Below are positions 46,044 to 56,387 of a stretch of 64,000 nucleotides of DNA, one piece after another. The DNA is taken from assembly GCA_963794125.1 (NCBI GenBank), contig CAWCCW010000009.1:1238007-1302006 (forward strand), written 5' to 3'. The notes under the pieces were generated by a model, which saw only the letters and a program-made list of their open reading frames with translations, was not told the origin of the DNA and did not search any database. Both the position numbers and the translations under genes were made by a program. The stretch is from an uncultured Acidimicrobiaceae bacterium. GTDB taxonomy: Bacteria > Actinomycetota > Acidimicrobiia > Acidimicrobiales > Palsa-688. Within the stretch, counting starts at the first letter, position 1; every line of letters starts with the position of its first letter.

Positions 46044-46988
46044 TTACATGCCATAGGCACCCAGGAGGCGTCGTGCGGCCGCCGGCAATACACCTTCCGC
46101 ACCCGAAATAATAGTCACGTCGGGCCCGGCCCGAAGCAGGAGCCTCTCCAGCCACGCTGTAGAACTGACGCGGAGCCGCACCCGGACCTTGCCGTCCTCC
46201 AGGTCCATCGTGCCCTCGTTGGGGTAACGTTCAACGACCCAGTGAGCGCCCGGCGCCAAGTCCAGGACGACGAGCGGGTCTTCGGGCCGCCCCTCGTAGA
46301 CGGTGACCGCCCCGAGGTCTCCCGGGGGTTCAAAGCGGTCGTCCAACAGGACGGCCGAACGGGCTCGGTCGACACGGAACAGCCGCCTGTCAGCCACTTT
46401 TTCGCACCACGCCAGCAGGTACCAATGGCCGCCAGAGGAAAACAGCCGCCACGGCCGCACGACGCGCTCCCCCACCTCGTCCCGCCCGAACGAGTAGTAG
46501 TCGACCAGCACTTTGCGCTGCTCACCGACGGCCCGCTGGAACGTGCGCAGGACTTCGGCTGACGCCGTACCGAGCTCCACCTCCAGCGCCTCCTCGCCGC
46601 CGGCGCCGAGGACCATTTCGAGTTTGGAGACGGCGCTGGCCAACCCTCCCCTTTCGTCAAATGTCCCTTCGCCGGGGACGCCTAGTAGAGCGCGGGCAGC
46701 GGCCACGAGGGCGAGCCCCTCCGGCGGAGTGAGGCGCAGCGGGCGCCGGAACCAGTCTGCGAACCGTACCCATACCCGCCCGCCGTCGACGTCCACCTCG
46801 ATGAGGGCGTCGGGCGTGTAGGGGTAGACGCCGCACATGAAGAGCAGGTTCAGATCGGCGATCAGGTCACGTTCCGAAATGCCGAACCGATCGCACGTCT
46901 CGGCCACCGTAGGGCCGTCCTGGGCCACCACCCACGGCACGATAGCCAATAGGCGTTCGAGCCGCTCGGCGGCGCTGGGCCGGCTCAT
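46044..46988 (-). CDS. pafC: WYL-domain transcriptional regulator PafC
   Basis: ATG at 46988 overlaps the pafB stop (ATGA). AERLERLLAIVPWVVAQDGPTVAETCDRFGISERDL is the HTH region, followed by a WYL-type body. Confidence 0.8.
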   Translation of the reverse strand: MSRPSAAERLERLLAIVPWVVAQDGPTVAETCDRFGISERDLIADLNLLFMCGVYPYTPDALIEVDVDGGRVWVRFADWFRRPLRLTPPEGLALVAAARALLGVPGEGTFDERGGLASAVSKLEMVLGAGGEEALEVELGTASAEVLRTFQRAVGEQRKVLVDYYSFGRDEVGERVVRPWRLFSSGGHWYLLAWCEKVADRRLFRVDRARSAVLLDDRFEPPGDLGAVTVYEGRPEDPLVVLDLAPGAHWVVERYPNEGTMDLEDGKVRVRLRVSSTAWLERLLLRAGPDVTIISGAEGVLPAAARRLLGAYGM

Positions 46989-48085
46989 AGGTGCGGGCCC
47001 GCCACTGGCTCTATGGCGCTGGGCCCTTCGTCCGCGGTGTGCCGGGGGGCGTCGGCCTGGGCGGACGAGCGCTGGCGCACTGGCGGGCGCGGGCCGTGGC
47101 GTGGCGCCGGGCCTTCCGTGCGCGCGGCGCGGGGCGAGGCACCGGCCAGGCCCCTTAGCCAATCAACAATCTCGTCCCGGACCTCGGGAGGCCCGATAAC
47201 TTCGGCCCGGTCCAGCAGGCCGAGGACGAAACTGCGCAAAGCGGCCCGGTTGGTCACCGGCAACTTGAAGTCGACCCAGCCATCGGGGCTCGTCCCGGCC
47301 ACGCTCTCCTCCCCCGCCAGGGAACGCACCCACCCCGCCTGGCTGGCCTCCACTCGCAGCTCGACCACGATCTCTTCATCATCGCCGAGCCGCCAGGGCG
47401 GCGGGGGCACGGAAGCCACCCCTTCGGGCCTCACGAATTGGCCCGGGGGGCCTTCCAGTTCGACGGGCCCGGTGACACGGTCGACCCGGAAAAGGCGCTC
47501 CGCCTCGCGTGCCCGGTCGAAACCGGCGAGGTACCAACGGCCCTGACGGTAAGAGAGCCGATAGGGGTCGACCTGCCTGGCCACGCCGTTGTACTCGAAC
47601 CGGGCCACCCGGCGTTCGTGCACGCCGGAGAACAGGGAAGCCACCCTTTCATCTGTGGGGACGTCAGCCAATGGCGGCGCGACGCGATCGTTTCCGCCAG
47701 CTCGCGCCGCGCTCACGGCGGCCAACTTCCACAATGCCGTGGTCGCCGCCCCCTGGGCGGAGCCATCGAAGGCTACTGCCGACACGGCCAAGCTCAAGGC
47801 CAACAGCTCGTCCTCGTCGAGGCCGGGGTCCGGCAGCTCGTAGAGCTGGCGCGGGACCCGGTAGCCGGTGAGCCGGTCGGAGGGCTCGTTACCAGGCAGA
47901 GTTTCGGCGACGATCGGGATGCCCATCTGGCGGAGCAGGTCCTTGTCGCGTTCGAAATTACGGTGAAAATTGGTGGCGTCGTCGCTGTACCCGCCTACCC
48001 GTTGGCGCAACTCCTCCCTCGTAAGTGGCCGAGGGGTATCGAGCAGCGCCACCACCAGGTTCACTAGGCGCTCCAGCCGGTCCAC
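46985..48085 (-). CDS. pafB: WYL-domain transcriptional regulator PafB
   Basis: DRLERLVNLVVALLDTPRPLTREELRQRV is the HTH region, with a WYL region (RQGRWYLAGFD). It lies immediately downstream of pafA. Confidence 0.8.
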   Translation of the reverse strand: MDRLERLVNLVVALLDTPRPLTREELRQRVGGYSDDATNFHRNFERDKDLLRQMGIPIVAETLPGNEPSDRLTGYRVPRQLYELPDPGLDEDELLALSLAVSAVAFDGSAQGAATTALWKLAAVSAARAGGNDRVAPPLADVPTDERVASLFSGVHERRVARFEYNGVARQVDPYRLSYRQGRWYLAGFDRAREAERLFRVDRVTGPVELEGPPGQFVRPEGVASVPPPPWRLGDDEEIVVELRVEASQAGWVRSLAGEESVAGTSPDGWVDFKLPVTNRAALRSFVLGLLDRAEVIGPPEVRDEIVDWLRGLAGASPRAARTEGPAPRHGPRPPVRQRSSAQADAPRHTADEGPSAIEPVAGPHL

Positions 48086-48162
48086 ACCAAAATCTTACGG
48101 GTGCAATCTGGCTCAGATGACGGGCCTCTACTGGAGTGCCCAGGTCGCCGACACGAAAAGGG

Positions 48163-49521
48163 TCAGAGCGAAGCGATCAGCTTTTCGACCCGTTCGTCGC
48201 GGGCTTTGAACGGGTCCTTGCACAGGACGGTGCGTTGAGCCTGGTCGTTCAGCTTGAGGTGGACCCAGTCGACGGTGAAATCACGACGCCGTTCCTTGGC
48301 TCGGCGAATGAACTCGCCCCGCAGGCGGGCACGGGTCGTCTGGGGCGGTTCGTCGAGGGCCCGCTCGATTTCTTCGTCTGTCGCCAAGCGCTCGGTCAAC
48401 CCGCGCTTCTCCATCCGGTAGTAAAGCCCTCTCTGCCGGTTGACGTCGTGGTACTGCAGGTCCATGAGGGCCACTTTGGGATGAGTGAGCGCGATGCCCT
48501 CCCGCTCCCGGTACGCCTCGATCAATTTGCGCTTCATGACCCAGTCACATTCGCGGTCGAGCGACCAGGGGTCTTTTTCTATCCCCTTCAGGCAGTGCTC
48601 CCACATTTGCAAAGCCTTGTCCTCCAGCGGCGACAGGCCTTTTGACTGCTGGTAGCGCTGAGCTCGTTCGAGGTATTCCGACTGAATGTCGAGGGCGCTC
48701 GCCTCCCGGCCATTGGCCAGCCTCACCTTGCGCCGGCACGTCGTGTCGTGGCTTATTTCGCGGATCGCCCTTATCGGGTTTTCCAGGGTCATGTCCCTGA
48801 TCACGACCGAGGAGTCCTCGAGCATACGGAGCATGATGCTCGTCGCCCCCACCTTCAAAAACGTGGCGTACTCGCTCATGTTCGAGTCGCCCACTATCAC
48901 GTGGAGACGGCGGTAGCGCTCGGCGTCCGCGTGCGGCTCGTCCCGAGTATTGATGATCGGCCGGCTCCTGGTCGTCGCCGACGAAACGCTTTCCCAGATG
49001 TGCTCGGCCCGCTGGCTCACGCAGTACTGCGCGCCGCGTGCAGTTTGCAGGACTTTACCGGCGCCGGCGTAGATCTGGCGGGAGATGAGGAACGGGATCA
49101 GCACTTCCGCATAATGCGTGAAGTCGTCCCGCCGTGTCGTCAGGTAGTTCTCGTGGCAACCGTAAGAGTTGCCCGCCGAGTCGGTGTTGTTCTTAAAGAG
49201 GAATATGACCCCCCGTATCCCCTCTTCCCGCAGGCGGGCCTCGGCCGAGACCACCAGGTGCTCCAAGATGCGTTCGCCGGCCTTGTCGTGCACGACGAGG
49301 TCGCTGATCGAGTCGCACTCGGGGGTGGCGTACTCAGGGTGGCTACCCACGTCCAGGTAGAGCCTGGCCCCGTTCTCGAGGAAGACGTTCGACGAACGGC
49401 CCCAGGACACGACCCGGCGGAAGAGGTACCGTGCCACCTCGTCCGGGCTGAGCCGACGCTGCCCGCGTAACGTACAGGTGACCCCGTACTCGTTCTCTAA
49501 GCCGAAGATGCGCCGTTCCAT
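48163..49521 (-). CDS. pafA: Pup-protein ligase PafA
   Basis: 452 aa; [16 protein letters not shown] and the carboxylate-amine ligase fold shared with Dop. It sits in the Pup-proteasome locus. Confidence 0.95.
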   Translation of the reverse strand: MERRIFGLENEYGVTCTLRGQRRLSPDEVARYLFRRVVSWGRSSNVFLENGARLYLDVGSHPEYATPECDSISDLVVHDKAGERILEHLVVSAEARLREEGIRGVIFLFKNNTDSAGNSYGCHENYLTTRRDDFTHYAEVLIPFLISRQIYAGAGKVLQTARGAQYCVSQRAEHIWESVSSATTRSRPIINTRDEPHADAERYRRLHVIVGDSNMSEYATFLKVGATSIMLRMLEDSSVVIRDMTLENPIRAIREISHDTTCRRKVRLANGREASALDIQSEYLERAQRYQQSKGLSPLEDKALQMWEHCLKGIEKDPWSLDRECDWVMKRKLIEAYREREGIALTHPKVALMDLQYHDVNRQRGLYYRMEKRGLTERLATDEEIERALDEPPQTTRARLRGEFIRRAKERRRDFTVDWVHLKLNDQAQRTVLCKDPFKARDERVEKLIASL

Positions 49522-49811
49522 GCCCTTTGTCTCCTAGCTTCCTAAATCCGCAGGATACCCCGCCGTTTGCACGAGAGCATGCCGGCTCCGGAGGTCCACG
49601 AAACTAGCGGCCGAGAATAGAGCGGGCCAGCCCTCCCTTTTGGCGCTAATCCCGCACGTCACAAGGTGTAGCGAGATGGGCTGCTCCCTTCTCTGAGCGC
49701 CACGGGCCCCGTGAACCCAGGTGAGGCCACACCCACGGTACGAGAGGCAGTCGTGGGGTTCGGCGTACCGGCGCCGGCACTAGGGTGACCACTATGAGCC
49801 AAGGTCTACGG

Positions 49812-50221
49812 ATGGTCCACTTGCGTACCGTCCCGGACGCCTGGCAGGCCAGAGTCCTTGCCGCTCGGCTCGGCTCCGAGGGCATTGTCACCCACCTCCA
49901 GGGGGGCTGGGCCGGTCCGTACCCGTTCGGGGCCGTCTCGGTGCTGGTCGAGTCTGGCCAGGCCGACTTGGCCGCCGAGCTGCTCCTGGCTGACGAGGTA
50001 GAGGCCGCTTTCGCCGGCCAGCGGTCCGTGGGAGCGGGCCGGGGCGGTCAGGGGAGGCGTCTGCGGAGGACAATTTCCCCACGTTGTACGCCGGCGAGGA
50101 CGCCACCGACGATCTGCTGCCCGCCAAGCGGGGCGCCGGTCGCCGGCGACGCGCCATCGCGGCTGTGGCCGCCCTCCTTGTGGCCAGCGCACCCCTGTTG
50201 GCCCACTTCGTCGGCCAGTAA
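49812..50221 (+). CDS. DUF2007-like small protein with C-terminal TM anchor, frame-disrupted
   Basis: N-terminus MVHLRTVPDAWQARVLAARLGSEGIVTHLQ. After about 50054 the plausible continuation (EASAEDNFPTLYAGEDATDDLL...AIAAVAALLVASAPLLAHFVGQ*) is in another frame. Adding one G to the G4 run at 50051-50054 joins them. Confidence 0.5.
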
Positions 50222-50256
50222 CCAGTAACCAGCAACCAGCAACCAGCAACCGGTAA
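50215..50256 (+). repeat. heptanucleotide microsatellite (CCAGYAA) x5 plus CCGGTAA
   Basis: ccagtaa ccagtaa ccagcaa ccagcaa ccagcaa ccggtaa, read directly. The first units contain the stop codons of the DUF2007 frames. Confidence 0.85.
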
Positions 50257-50343
50257 GCGACGGGCTCGGCGGCTAGCGTCCCCGCCTGTGCGCTGTCGAG
50301 CCCACCCCGTCACACCCGGTCACGGTCACGCTGACCTGGCGAC

Positions 50344-51132
50344 CTACCCGCCTTCAGTCGCCGATTCGTTTTCCTCCGTTGCCAGTACTTCCTCGACCGC
50401 GTCGAGCAGGGCCTCGTCCCCGTCCCCCGCCGCCGTCGACTGGCCCGGCCGCGGCTGCCCGAGCACGTCGGCCACCTCCGCCTCGAGCACCCTCCGGAAC
50501 GCGCGGCGCCCGTTAGCCCGGTCGAGGACCGCCACCTCGAGGTCGCCCGCGCCCACCTGGCGCTCCGACCCGGCCAGCGCCTGGACGGAAGCCACCAGCG
50601 CCTCGTTCATCGTCCAGGCGTCCCGGTACATGGCCGCGAACCGGGCCGTAATGGTGTCGGCCTCGCCGCCGAGCACGCTGAAACGGTCCTCGTCCACCAC
50701 GGTGCCGTCGTAGAGGATGTGGAACAGCTGGTCCTCGCCGGGGCGGGGGCCGACTTCAGCGACCAGTATCTCCACTTCGAGGGGCTTCATTTCATGAGTG
50801 AAGACGTTGCCCATGTACTGGGCGTAGAGATTGGCCAATGAGCGGGCGTCGACGTCCTCCCGGCTGAACTGGTAGCCCTTGATGTCGGCGCTCTGCACGC
50901 CTGCCCGGCGGAGCTGGTCGAACTCGTTGTACTTCCCCACTCCGGCGAACGCGATCCGGTCGTAGATCTCGCTCACCTTGTGGAGAGAGCGCGAAGAGTT
51001 CTCGGCGCAGATGAGGACGCCGTTGCCGTACACCGTGGCCACCAGCGGGCGGCCACGGCCGATGTTCTTCCGAGCGAAGTCCGCCTTGTCCTTCATGAAC
51101 TGCTCAGGGGCGACATAGAAGGGCATGGTCAT
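50344..51132 (-). CDS. prcA: proteasome subunit alpha
   Basis: 262 aa; MTMPFYVAPEQFMKDKADFARKNI..RIAFAGVGKYNEFDQLR. ATGA overlap with prcB. Confidence 0.95.
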   Translation of the reverse strand: MTMPFYVAPEQFMKDKADFARKNIGRGRPLVATVYGNGVLICAENSSRSLHKVSEIYDRIAFAGVGKYNEFDQLRRAGVQSADIKGYQFSREDVDARSLANLYAQYMGNVFTHEMKPLEVEILVAEVGPRPGEDQLFHILYDGTVVDEDRFSVLGGEADTITARFAAMYRDAWTMNEALVASVQALAGSERQVGAGDLEVAVLDRANGRRAFRRVLEAEVADVLGQPRPGQSTAAGDGDEALLDAVEEVLATEENESATEGG

Positions 51133-52061
51133 GACCGGTTGCCCCCAGGCCCGGTGGCCTCACCGGTGACGGAGATCTCGTCGCCTTCGTCGACCTCACC
51201 CGGCGCGGGTGGGAACTCGGCCGCGCTCAGCGTGGATATCACGCGGTCAAACGCAGCCGCGACCTCACCCTCAGGCACCCGCTCGAACCCCTTCGCCGTG
51301 ATCGTGGCCACCGTGGGGTAGATGCCACGGACCACGTCGGGGCCCCCGGTGGCGGAGTCTTCGTCAGCGGCTTGCCACAGCGCTCGGACGCACAGCTCAA
51401 CCCCTTCCTCGCGCGACATTTGTTCCCGGTACCCCAGCTTGATCGTCGTGCGGGCGTCTCGCCCGCCCGAACCGTCGGCGTGGTAGTCGGTCTCTTCGTA
51501 ACGACCGCCAGTGGGGTCGTAGGTGTAGATCCGCCCCTTGCCTCGGCGCAGGTCATAACCAGCGAAGAGCGGCACTACGACGAAACCCTGTAGCGCCATC
51601 TGGAGGTTGCCCCGCACCATCTGGGAGAGCTGGTTGGCTTTGCCCTCCAGGCTGATGGCCTGACCCTCTACCTTCTCGTAATGCTCGAGCTGGAGTTGAA
51701 AGATGCGCACCATCTCCAGGGCGGGGCCAGCCGCACCGGCGATAGCCACTCCGCTGTGGGCGTCAGCCGGGTGGACCTTTTCCAACATGCGGTGGGCGAT
51801 GGCCGAGCCCGCAGTGGCCCGCCTGTCGCCAGACATGATCACTCCTTCGCGATAACGCACCGCACAGATCGTCGTGCCGTGGGTCACCTGAAAGCTGGGG
51901 GCATCGCCGCGATAGCCGCCGGCAGCGGGTAACCCGGACGGCGGCGGCGCGCCCGGAACGACGGGCTCGCCGGTACCGAAAGGCCCGAGACCGAGCCGGC
52001 GCAGCACCTCGTAGAAGTTAGGGCCGGGATCTTGGCCCGGCGGGAAGATGGGAAGGGTCAT
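51129..52061 (-). CDS. prcB: proteasome subunit beta (with propeptide)
   Basis: 310 aa. A propeptide is followed by HGTTICAVRY (N-terminal Thr nucleophile after processing). Confidence 0.95.
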   Translation of the reverse strand: MTLPIFPPGQDPGPNFYEVLRRLGLGPFGTGEPVVPGAPPPSGLPAAGGYRGDAPSFQVTHGTTICAVRYREGVIMSGDRRATAGSAIAHRMLEKVHPADAHSGVAIAGAAGPALEMVRIFQLQLEHYEKVEGQAISLEGKANQLSQMVRGNLQMALQGFVVVPLFAGYDLRRGKGRIYTYDPTGGRYEETDYHADGSGGRDARTTIKLGYREQMSREEGVELCVRALWQAADEDSATGGPDVVRGIYPTVATITAKGFERVPEGEVAAAFDRVISTLSAAEFPPAPGEVDEGDEISVTGEATGPGGNRS

Positions 52062-52094
52062 AAGTGCCTACTGACCCTAGTAGCACCCGGGAAC

Positions 52095-52127
52095 GAAGGC
52101 GCGCAGACGTTGGTACAACGCGCCTTC
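52095..52127 (-). terminator. stem-loop between pup and prcB (possible attenuator)
   Basis: Perfect 9-bp stem gaaggcgcg / cgcgccttc with a 15-nt loop in the 148-nt pup-prcB spacer. Confidence 0.4.
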
Positions 52128-52209
52128 TGGACGCATAGAAACCGCTGACCGGCCGCGGCGACCGCCCCTACGCCCGGTGACGGCGGCCGCCGCCTCCTGC
52201 TGTGCCCTC

Positions 52210-52407
52210 TTACTCGCCGCCTTTTTGGACGTACGACTTGACGAACTCCTCGGCGTTGTCCTCCAGCACTTCGTCGATCTCGTCCAGGAGGTCGTCCAGC
52301 TCCGCCTTTAGCTCCTCCCCCCGTTTGGACCCGGCGGCTACCTCTTCAACCTGCTCCGGCTCCGTACGCGAGGGGGCTTGTTTCTTGATCTGCTCTCTTT
52401 CAGCCAT
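52210..52407 (-). CDS. pup: prokaryotic ubiquitin-like protein Pup (C-terminal GGE)
   Basis: 65 aa; ...[30 protein letters not shown]. It lies directly downstream of dop. Confidence 0.95.
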   Translation of the reverse strand: MAEREQIKKQAPSRTEPEQVEEVAAGSKRGEELKAELDDLLDEIDEVLEDNAEEFVKSYVQKGGE

Positions 52408-52422
52408 GGTGTACCTGCCTCC

Positions 52423-53916
52423 TCAAGAGCCCAGCTGCTCCAGCAGTTCCGCTGGAGTGTTACAGCGTGCAAGTAGTTGGTCGACGTGAGCCGCCGTACC
52501 TCTGAGCGGCTCCATCATGGGGACCCGGCGCAAGGGGTCGTTCCCCAGGTCGAAAACGAGCGAGTCCCAGTTGGCGGCGGCGATCGCCTGGGGCCAGCGC
52601 TGGAGGCACCTCCCTCTGAAATATGCCCTCGTTGTTGTGGGCGGCTCCGTCATGGCGCGTTCGACCGCGGCGGGCTCCAGGAGCCGTTCCATACCGGCCC
52701 GGGCGAACAATGAACGTTCCGGTCTGACGTCGTGATATTGCAAGTCCATCGCTAATAACTTCGGGTCTCGCCAGCCTAGGCCATGGCGCTCCCTGTAGCC
52801 GTTCACCATCCTGTACTTGGCCACCCAGTCCAACTTATTTGCCAGGCTCATCGGGTCTGACTCGAGCCCTGACAGTACCTCTTCCCATCGGCGCAGGATG
52901 TCCTTCCCCACGTCTTCGCCACCTACAGAGACGAGGCCAACGTCCTCGGAGTACTTGCGGGCCAGCTCCAGGTGCTCCCACTGCATTTCCAGGGCGGTCA
53001 TTTGCCGCCCGTCAGCTAAGGCCAGGGGTTGCGAAAGGCTGAGGTCGTAGGACACCTGCCGCATAGCCCGCACGGGGGCGGCCAGTGTGTAGTCCCGCGC
53101 GTGACGTGCAAACCAGTCGTCTTCGATCATGGCTAACACGAGGGCGGTAGCGCCGATCTTCACGAAGTTGGCCACCTCGGAAAGGTTGGCGTCACCGAGG
53201 ATCACGTGCAGCCGGCGGTACTTCTGGGCGTCGCAATGAGGCTCGTCCCGCGTGTTTACGATGGGGCGCTTCAATGTGGTTTCGAGGCCGACCTCCTCCT
53301 CAAAGAAGTCGGCCCGCTGGGTCAGCTGGAAGTCCACCTGCTCCGAACCGGAGACCTCCACCCCAACCTTGCCGGCGCCCGTATAGACCTGGCGGGTCAC
53401 AAAGTGGGGGATGGCGTACTGGACCACGCGTGAAAAGGGGACCGAGCGGTCCATCAAGTAGTTTTCGTGGGACCCGTAAGAGTTGCCCTTGCCGTCGGAA
53501 TTGTTCTTGTACACGCTTATGGTCTGGCCGGCGGGCAGCAGACGGCTGGCGGCCTCGACCGAGCGGGCCAGGATGGCCTCGCCTGCCTTGTCGTAGAGGA
53601 TGGCCTCCCAGACGGTCGAGCACTCCGGCCCCGAGTACTCGGGGTGGGCATGGTCGACGTAGTAGCGGGCGCCATTAGTGAGGACGGCGTTGACGAGGTG
53701 GGTCTCGACCTCAGGGGCTACCTGCGGCTCCCGGACAAAGCCCCTGGCGTCCCGGGCCGGCGACTCGTCCTGGAAGTCCCACTCGATGCGGCGCGCCAGG
53801 GAGGCTACATAGGCGTTGATCAACGCCGATGACGCCGCGATCGGGTTGGGCTCTCCGCCACCCCGCAGGATGATGCCGTACTCGGTCTCCATCCCGAGCA
53901 CCTTCACTATGGCCAC
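52423..53916 (-). CDS. dop: Pup deamidase/depupylase Dop
   Basis: 497 aa; VLGMETEYGI, a PafA-like fold and a Dop-specific insertion. It lies between mpa and pup. Confidence 0.9.
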   Translation of the reverse strand: MAIVKVLGMETEYGIILRGGGEPNPIAASSALINAYVASLARRIEWDFQDESPARDARGFVREPQVAPEVETHLVNAVLTNGARYYVDHAHPEYSGPECSTVWEAILYDKAGEAILARSVEAASRLLPAGQTISVYKNNSDGKGNSYGSHENYLMDRSVPFSRVVQYAIPHFVTRQVYTGAGKVGVEVSGSEQVDFQLTQRADFFEEEVGLETTLKRPIVNTRDEPHCDAQKYRRLHVILGDANLSEVANFVKIGATALVLAMIEDDWFARHARDYTLAAPVRAMRQVSYDLSLSQPLALADGRQMTALEMQWEHLELARKYSEDVGLVSVGGEDVGKDILRRWEEVLSGLESDPMSLANKLDWVAKYRMVNGYRERHGLGWRDPKLLAMDLQYHDVRPERSLFARAGMERLLEPAAVERAMTEPPTTTRAYFRGRCLQRWPQAIAAANWDSLVFDLGNDPLRRVPMMEPLRGTAAHVDQLLARCNTPAELLEQLGS

Positions 53917-54024
53917 GCGCCGACGTTACCCCGCTTTCATGAGAGAACAGTGCGGTCGGGCAAAGAAGCCCGTGCTGCCAGCCAGGAAACAGGCCGGACT
54001 GGCCCTCTCCCAGGGTACCCGCCG

Positions 54025-54064
54025 GTGCCCTCAAACCTTGGGTTGCCTCCAGGTTTGAGGGCAC
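54025..54064 (-). terminator. strong stem-loop downstream of mpa
   Basis: Perfect 14-bp stem gtgccctcaaacct / aggtttgagggcac with a 12-nt loop, 37 nt after the mpa stop. Confidence 0.6.
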
Positions 54065-54100
54065 GTGGCGCGGCGCCCGCCCACGCCTTTTAGCGGGCGG

Positions 54101-55898
54101 TTACAAGTACTGGCCAGTAGCGACCCGTTCGATCGACCGTCCACCCTTGGTCTCGTCTCCCTGGGCCGTGATGGTGCGGATATAGACGATCCGCTCACCC
54201 TTCTTGCCCGAGATCTTGGCCCAGTCATCCGGGTTGGTCGTGTTGGGCAGGTCCTCGTGCTCCTTGTACTCCTGCTTTATGGAGTCGATGAGGTCCTGGG
54301 TCTTGATGCCCTTGCCCAGCCCGGCGATCTGGCGCTTAATGGCGAGCTTCTTGGCCCGTCGGACGATGTTCTCGATCATGGCCCCGGAGGCGAAGTCCTT
54401 GTAGTACATGACCTCCTTGTCGCCGTTCTGATAGGTGACTTCGAGGAACTGGTTCACCTCTTCGTCCCGGTACATCTCCTCGACCGTCGCCTCAATCATG
54501 AGGCGGACCGTCTTCTCCCTGTCACCCCCGCCCAGGCTGCGGACCTCACCCTCATCAAGAGGCAGCGTCGCCATGAGGTAGCGGGAAAATATCTGGGCGG
54601 CAGACGTCTCGTCGGGGCGTTCGATCTTGATCTTGACGTCGAGACGGCCCGGTCTAAGGATGGCCGGGTCGATCAGGTCCTCCCGGTTGGAGGCACCGAT
54701 CACGATCACGTTTTTTAGCGCCTCAACCCCGTCGATCTCCGCCAGGAGCTGGGGGACGATCGTCGACTCGACGTCCGACGAGATGCCGCTCCCGCGGGTG
54801 CGGAACAGCGAGTCCATCTCGTCGAAGAAGACGATGACCGGGACCCCCTCTTCACTTTTTTCTCGCGCTCGCTGGAACACCAGGCGGATTCTGGCGTTCC
54901 GTCTCGCCGACGTACTTGTTCAAAAGCTCGGGGCCTTTAATGTTCAAAAAGTAGCTCCGGCCTTGGCCGTCGCCCGACCGCTCGGCCACCTTTTTGGCCA
55001 GGGAGTTTGCCACCGCCTTGGCTATGAGCGTCTTGCCACACCCCGGGGGGCCGTACAGCAGGATGCCTTTGGGCGCGGGCAGCTTGTGCTCGTTGAACAG
55101 CTCTTTGTAGAGGAACGGCAGCTCGACAGCGTCCGTTATCTGCTCGATCTGCGAATCGAGGCCACCGACGTCTTCGTAAGAAATGTCCGGGACCTCTTCG
55201 AGGACCAGGTCCTCGACCTCCGGGCGGGGCAGCTTTTCCAGCAGGAGGCCCGAGCGCGAGTCCATCAGCAGCGAGTCTCCGGACCGTAGCTTCTCGCCGA
55301 TCAGCGAGTCAGCGATCTCGACGACCCGCTCCTCATCGGCGCGGCCCACCACGATGGCCCGGTGACCGTCGTCCATCAGCTCTCTCATGGTGACAACCTC
55401 GCCGGACAGGTCAGATCCGCGGGCCATGACCACGTTGAGGGACTCGTTGAGGACCACTTCCTGGCCCCGGCTCAGCTCCTTGGCTTCAATGCCGGGGTGG
55501 AGCGAGACCCTCATCTTGCGCCCGCCCGAAAAGACATCGACCGTCCCGTCTTCGTTGGAGCGCAGGAAGGTGCCGTACGCCGACGGGGGCTGGGTGAGCT
55601 TGTCGACTTCTTCTCGAAGCGAGGCGATGTGCTCGCGTGCGTCTCGCAGCGTGAACGTGAGGCGCTCGTTTTGCGAGAGCGCCTGCTGGAGCTGGCCCTT
55701 GGTCTCGAGGAGCCTCTCCTCGAGCGTCCGGACCCGTTTCGGGGCGTCTGCCAACCGGCGCCGAAGGGCTGAGACTTCCTCTTCCAGGGCGGCAACCTGC
55801 GCCTCAAGCGCCCCGGCCTGGGTACCTTGGCCTCGCGGCCCCGAGGTCTCTCTGTTTTCCGCGCCGCCCCGAGCGGCCTGCTCGTCATGTTGGGCCAA
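54101..55898 (-). CDS. mpa: proteasome-associated AAA ATPase Mpa/ARC, frame-disrupted in this sequence
   Basis: ORF 54852..55898 (coiled coil, OB domains, Walker A GPPGCGKT, ..[18 protein letters not shown]) and ORF 54101..54880 ([17 protein letters not shown]...C-terminal GQYL) are in different frames. Removing one base at 54889-54890 gives [17 protein letters not shown]. Confidence 0.9.
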
Positions 55899-56063
55899 GC
55901 GGGCTCACCTCCTTGTCCCGGCTCCTCATCGGAGCATCCTCGCCGTACGGCCAATTGGTTTGGCCCCAAGGTAAGGTCCTATCCGACGATACTGCGCGTC
56001 GGGCTCGCGCTGGCGTACGCCCCCCCGACCTGCGCTCCAAGAAACCTGGCCACAAGGGGGTGA

Positions 56064-56093
56064 TTGACACTTGGGCGCCGGCGCCGGTACCTT
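56064..56093 (+). promoter_or_regulatory. candidate housekeeping-sigma promoter TTGACA-N18-TACCTT
   Basis: A perfect -35 hexamer at 56064-56069 and a TAnnnT -10 at 56088-56093, about 60 nt upstream of the ferredoxin ATG. Confidence 0.4.
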
Positions 56094-56153
56094 GGTTTGT
56101 CGAGGACTCAGGTTCACACGCGCAACGCACGTAGAAAAGGGAACCAACAGCGA

Positions 56154-56387
56154 ATGAAGGTCTGGATTGACCAGGATCTTTGCACCGGTGACGGCCTGTG
56201 CGAAGAGATCGCGCCCGCAGTCTTCACGCTGCTCGACGACGGGCTTTCGTACGTGAAAGAGGGCGACAAGATCTTCAGCGACCCTGGCGGGCACGCTGGC
56301 TTGGCGCTCGTACCTGAGGATATGGAAGACGCCACCCGGGAGGCTGCCGAAGAGTGCCCCGGGGAGTGCATCTTCATAGAGGAGTAG
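56154..56387 (+). CDS. small ferredoxin (single Fe-S cluster type)
   Basis: 77 aa; MKVWIDQDLCTGDGLCEEIAPAVF ... CPGECI. ATG at 56154. Confidence 0.85.
   Translation: MKVWIDQDLCTGDGLCEEIAPAVFTLLDDGLSYVKEGDKIFSDPGGHAGLALVPEDMEDATREAAEECPGECIFIEE

Noticed and set aside
54101-55898. Genuine inactivation of mpa (loss of proteasomal ATPase function)
   Set aside because: It cannot be excluded, but the rest of the locus is intact and the same window shows many similar single-base frame breaks. An assembly indel is the more economical explanation.
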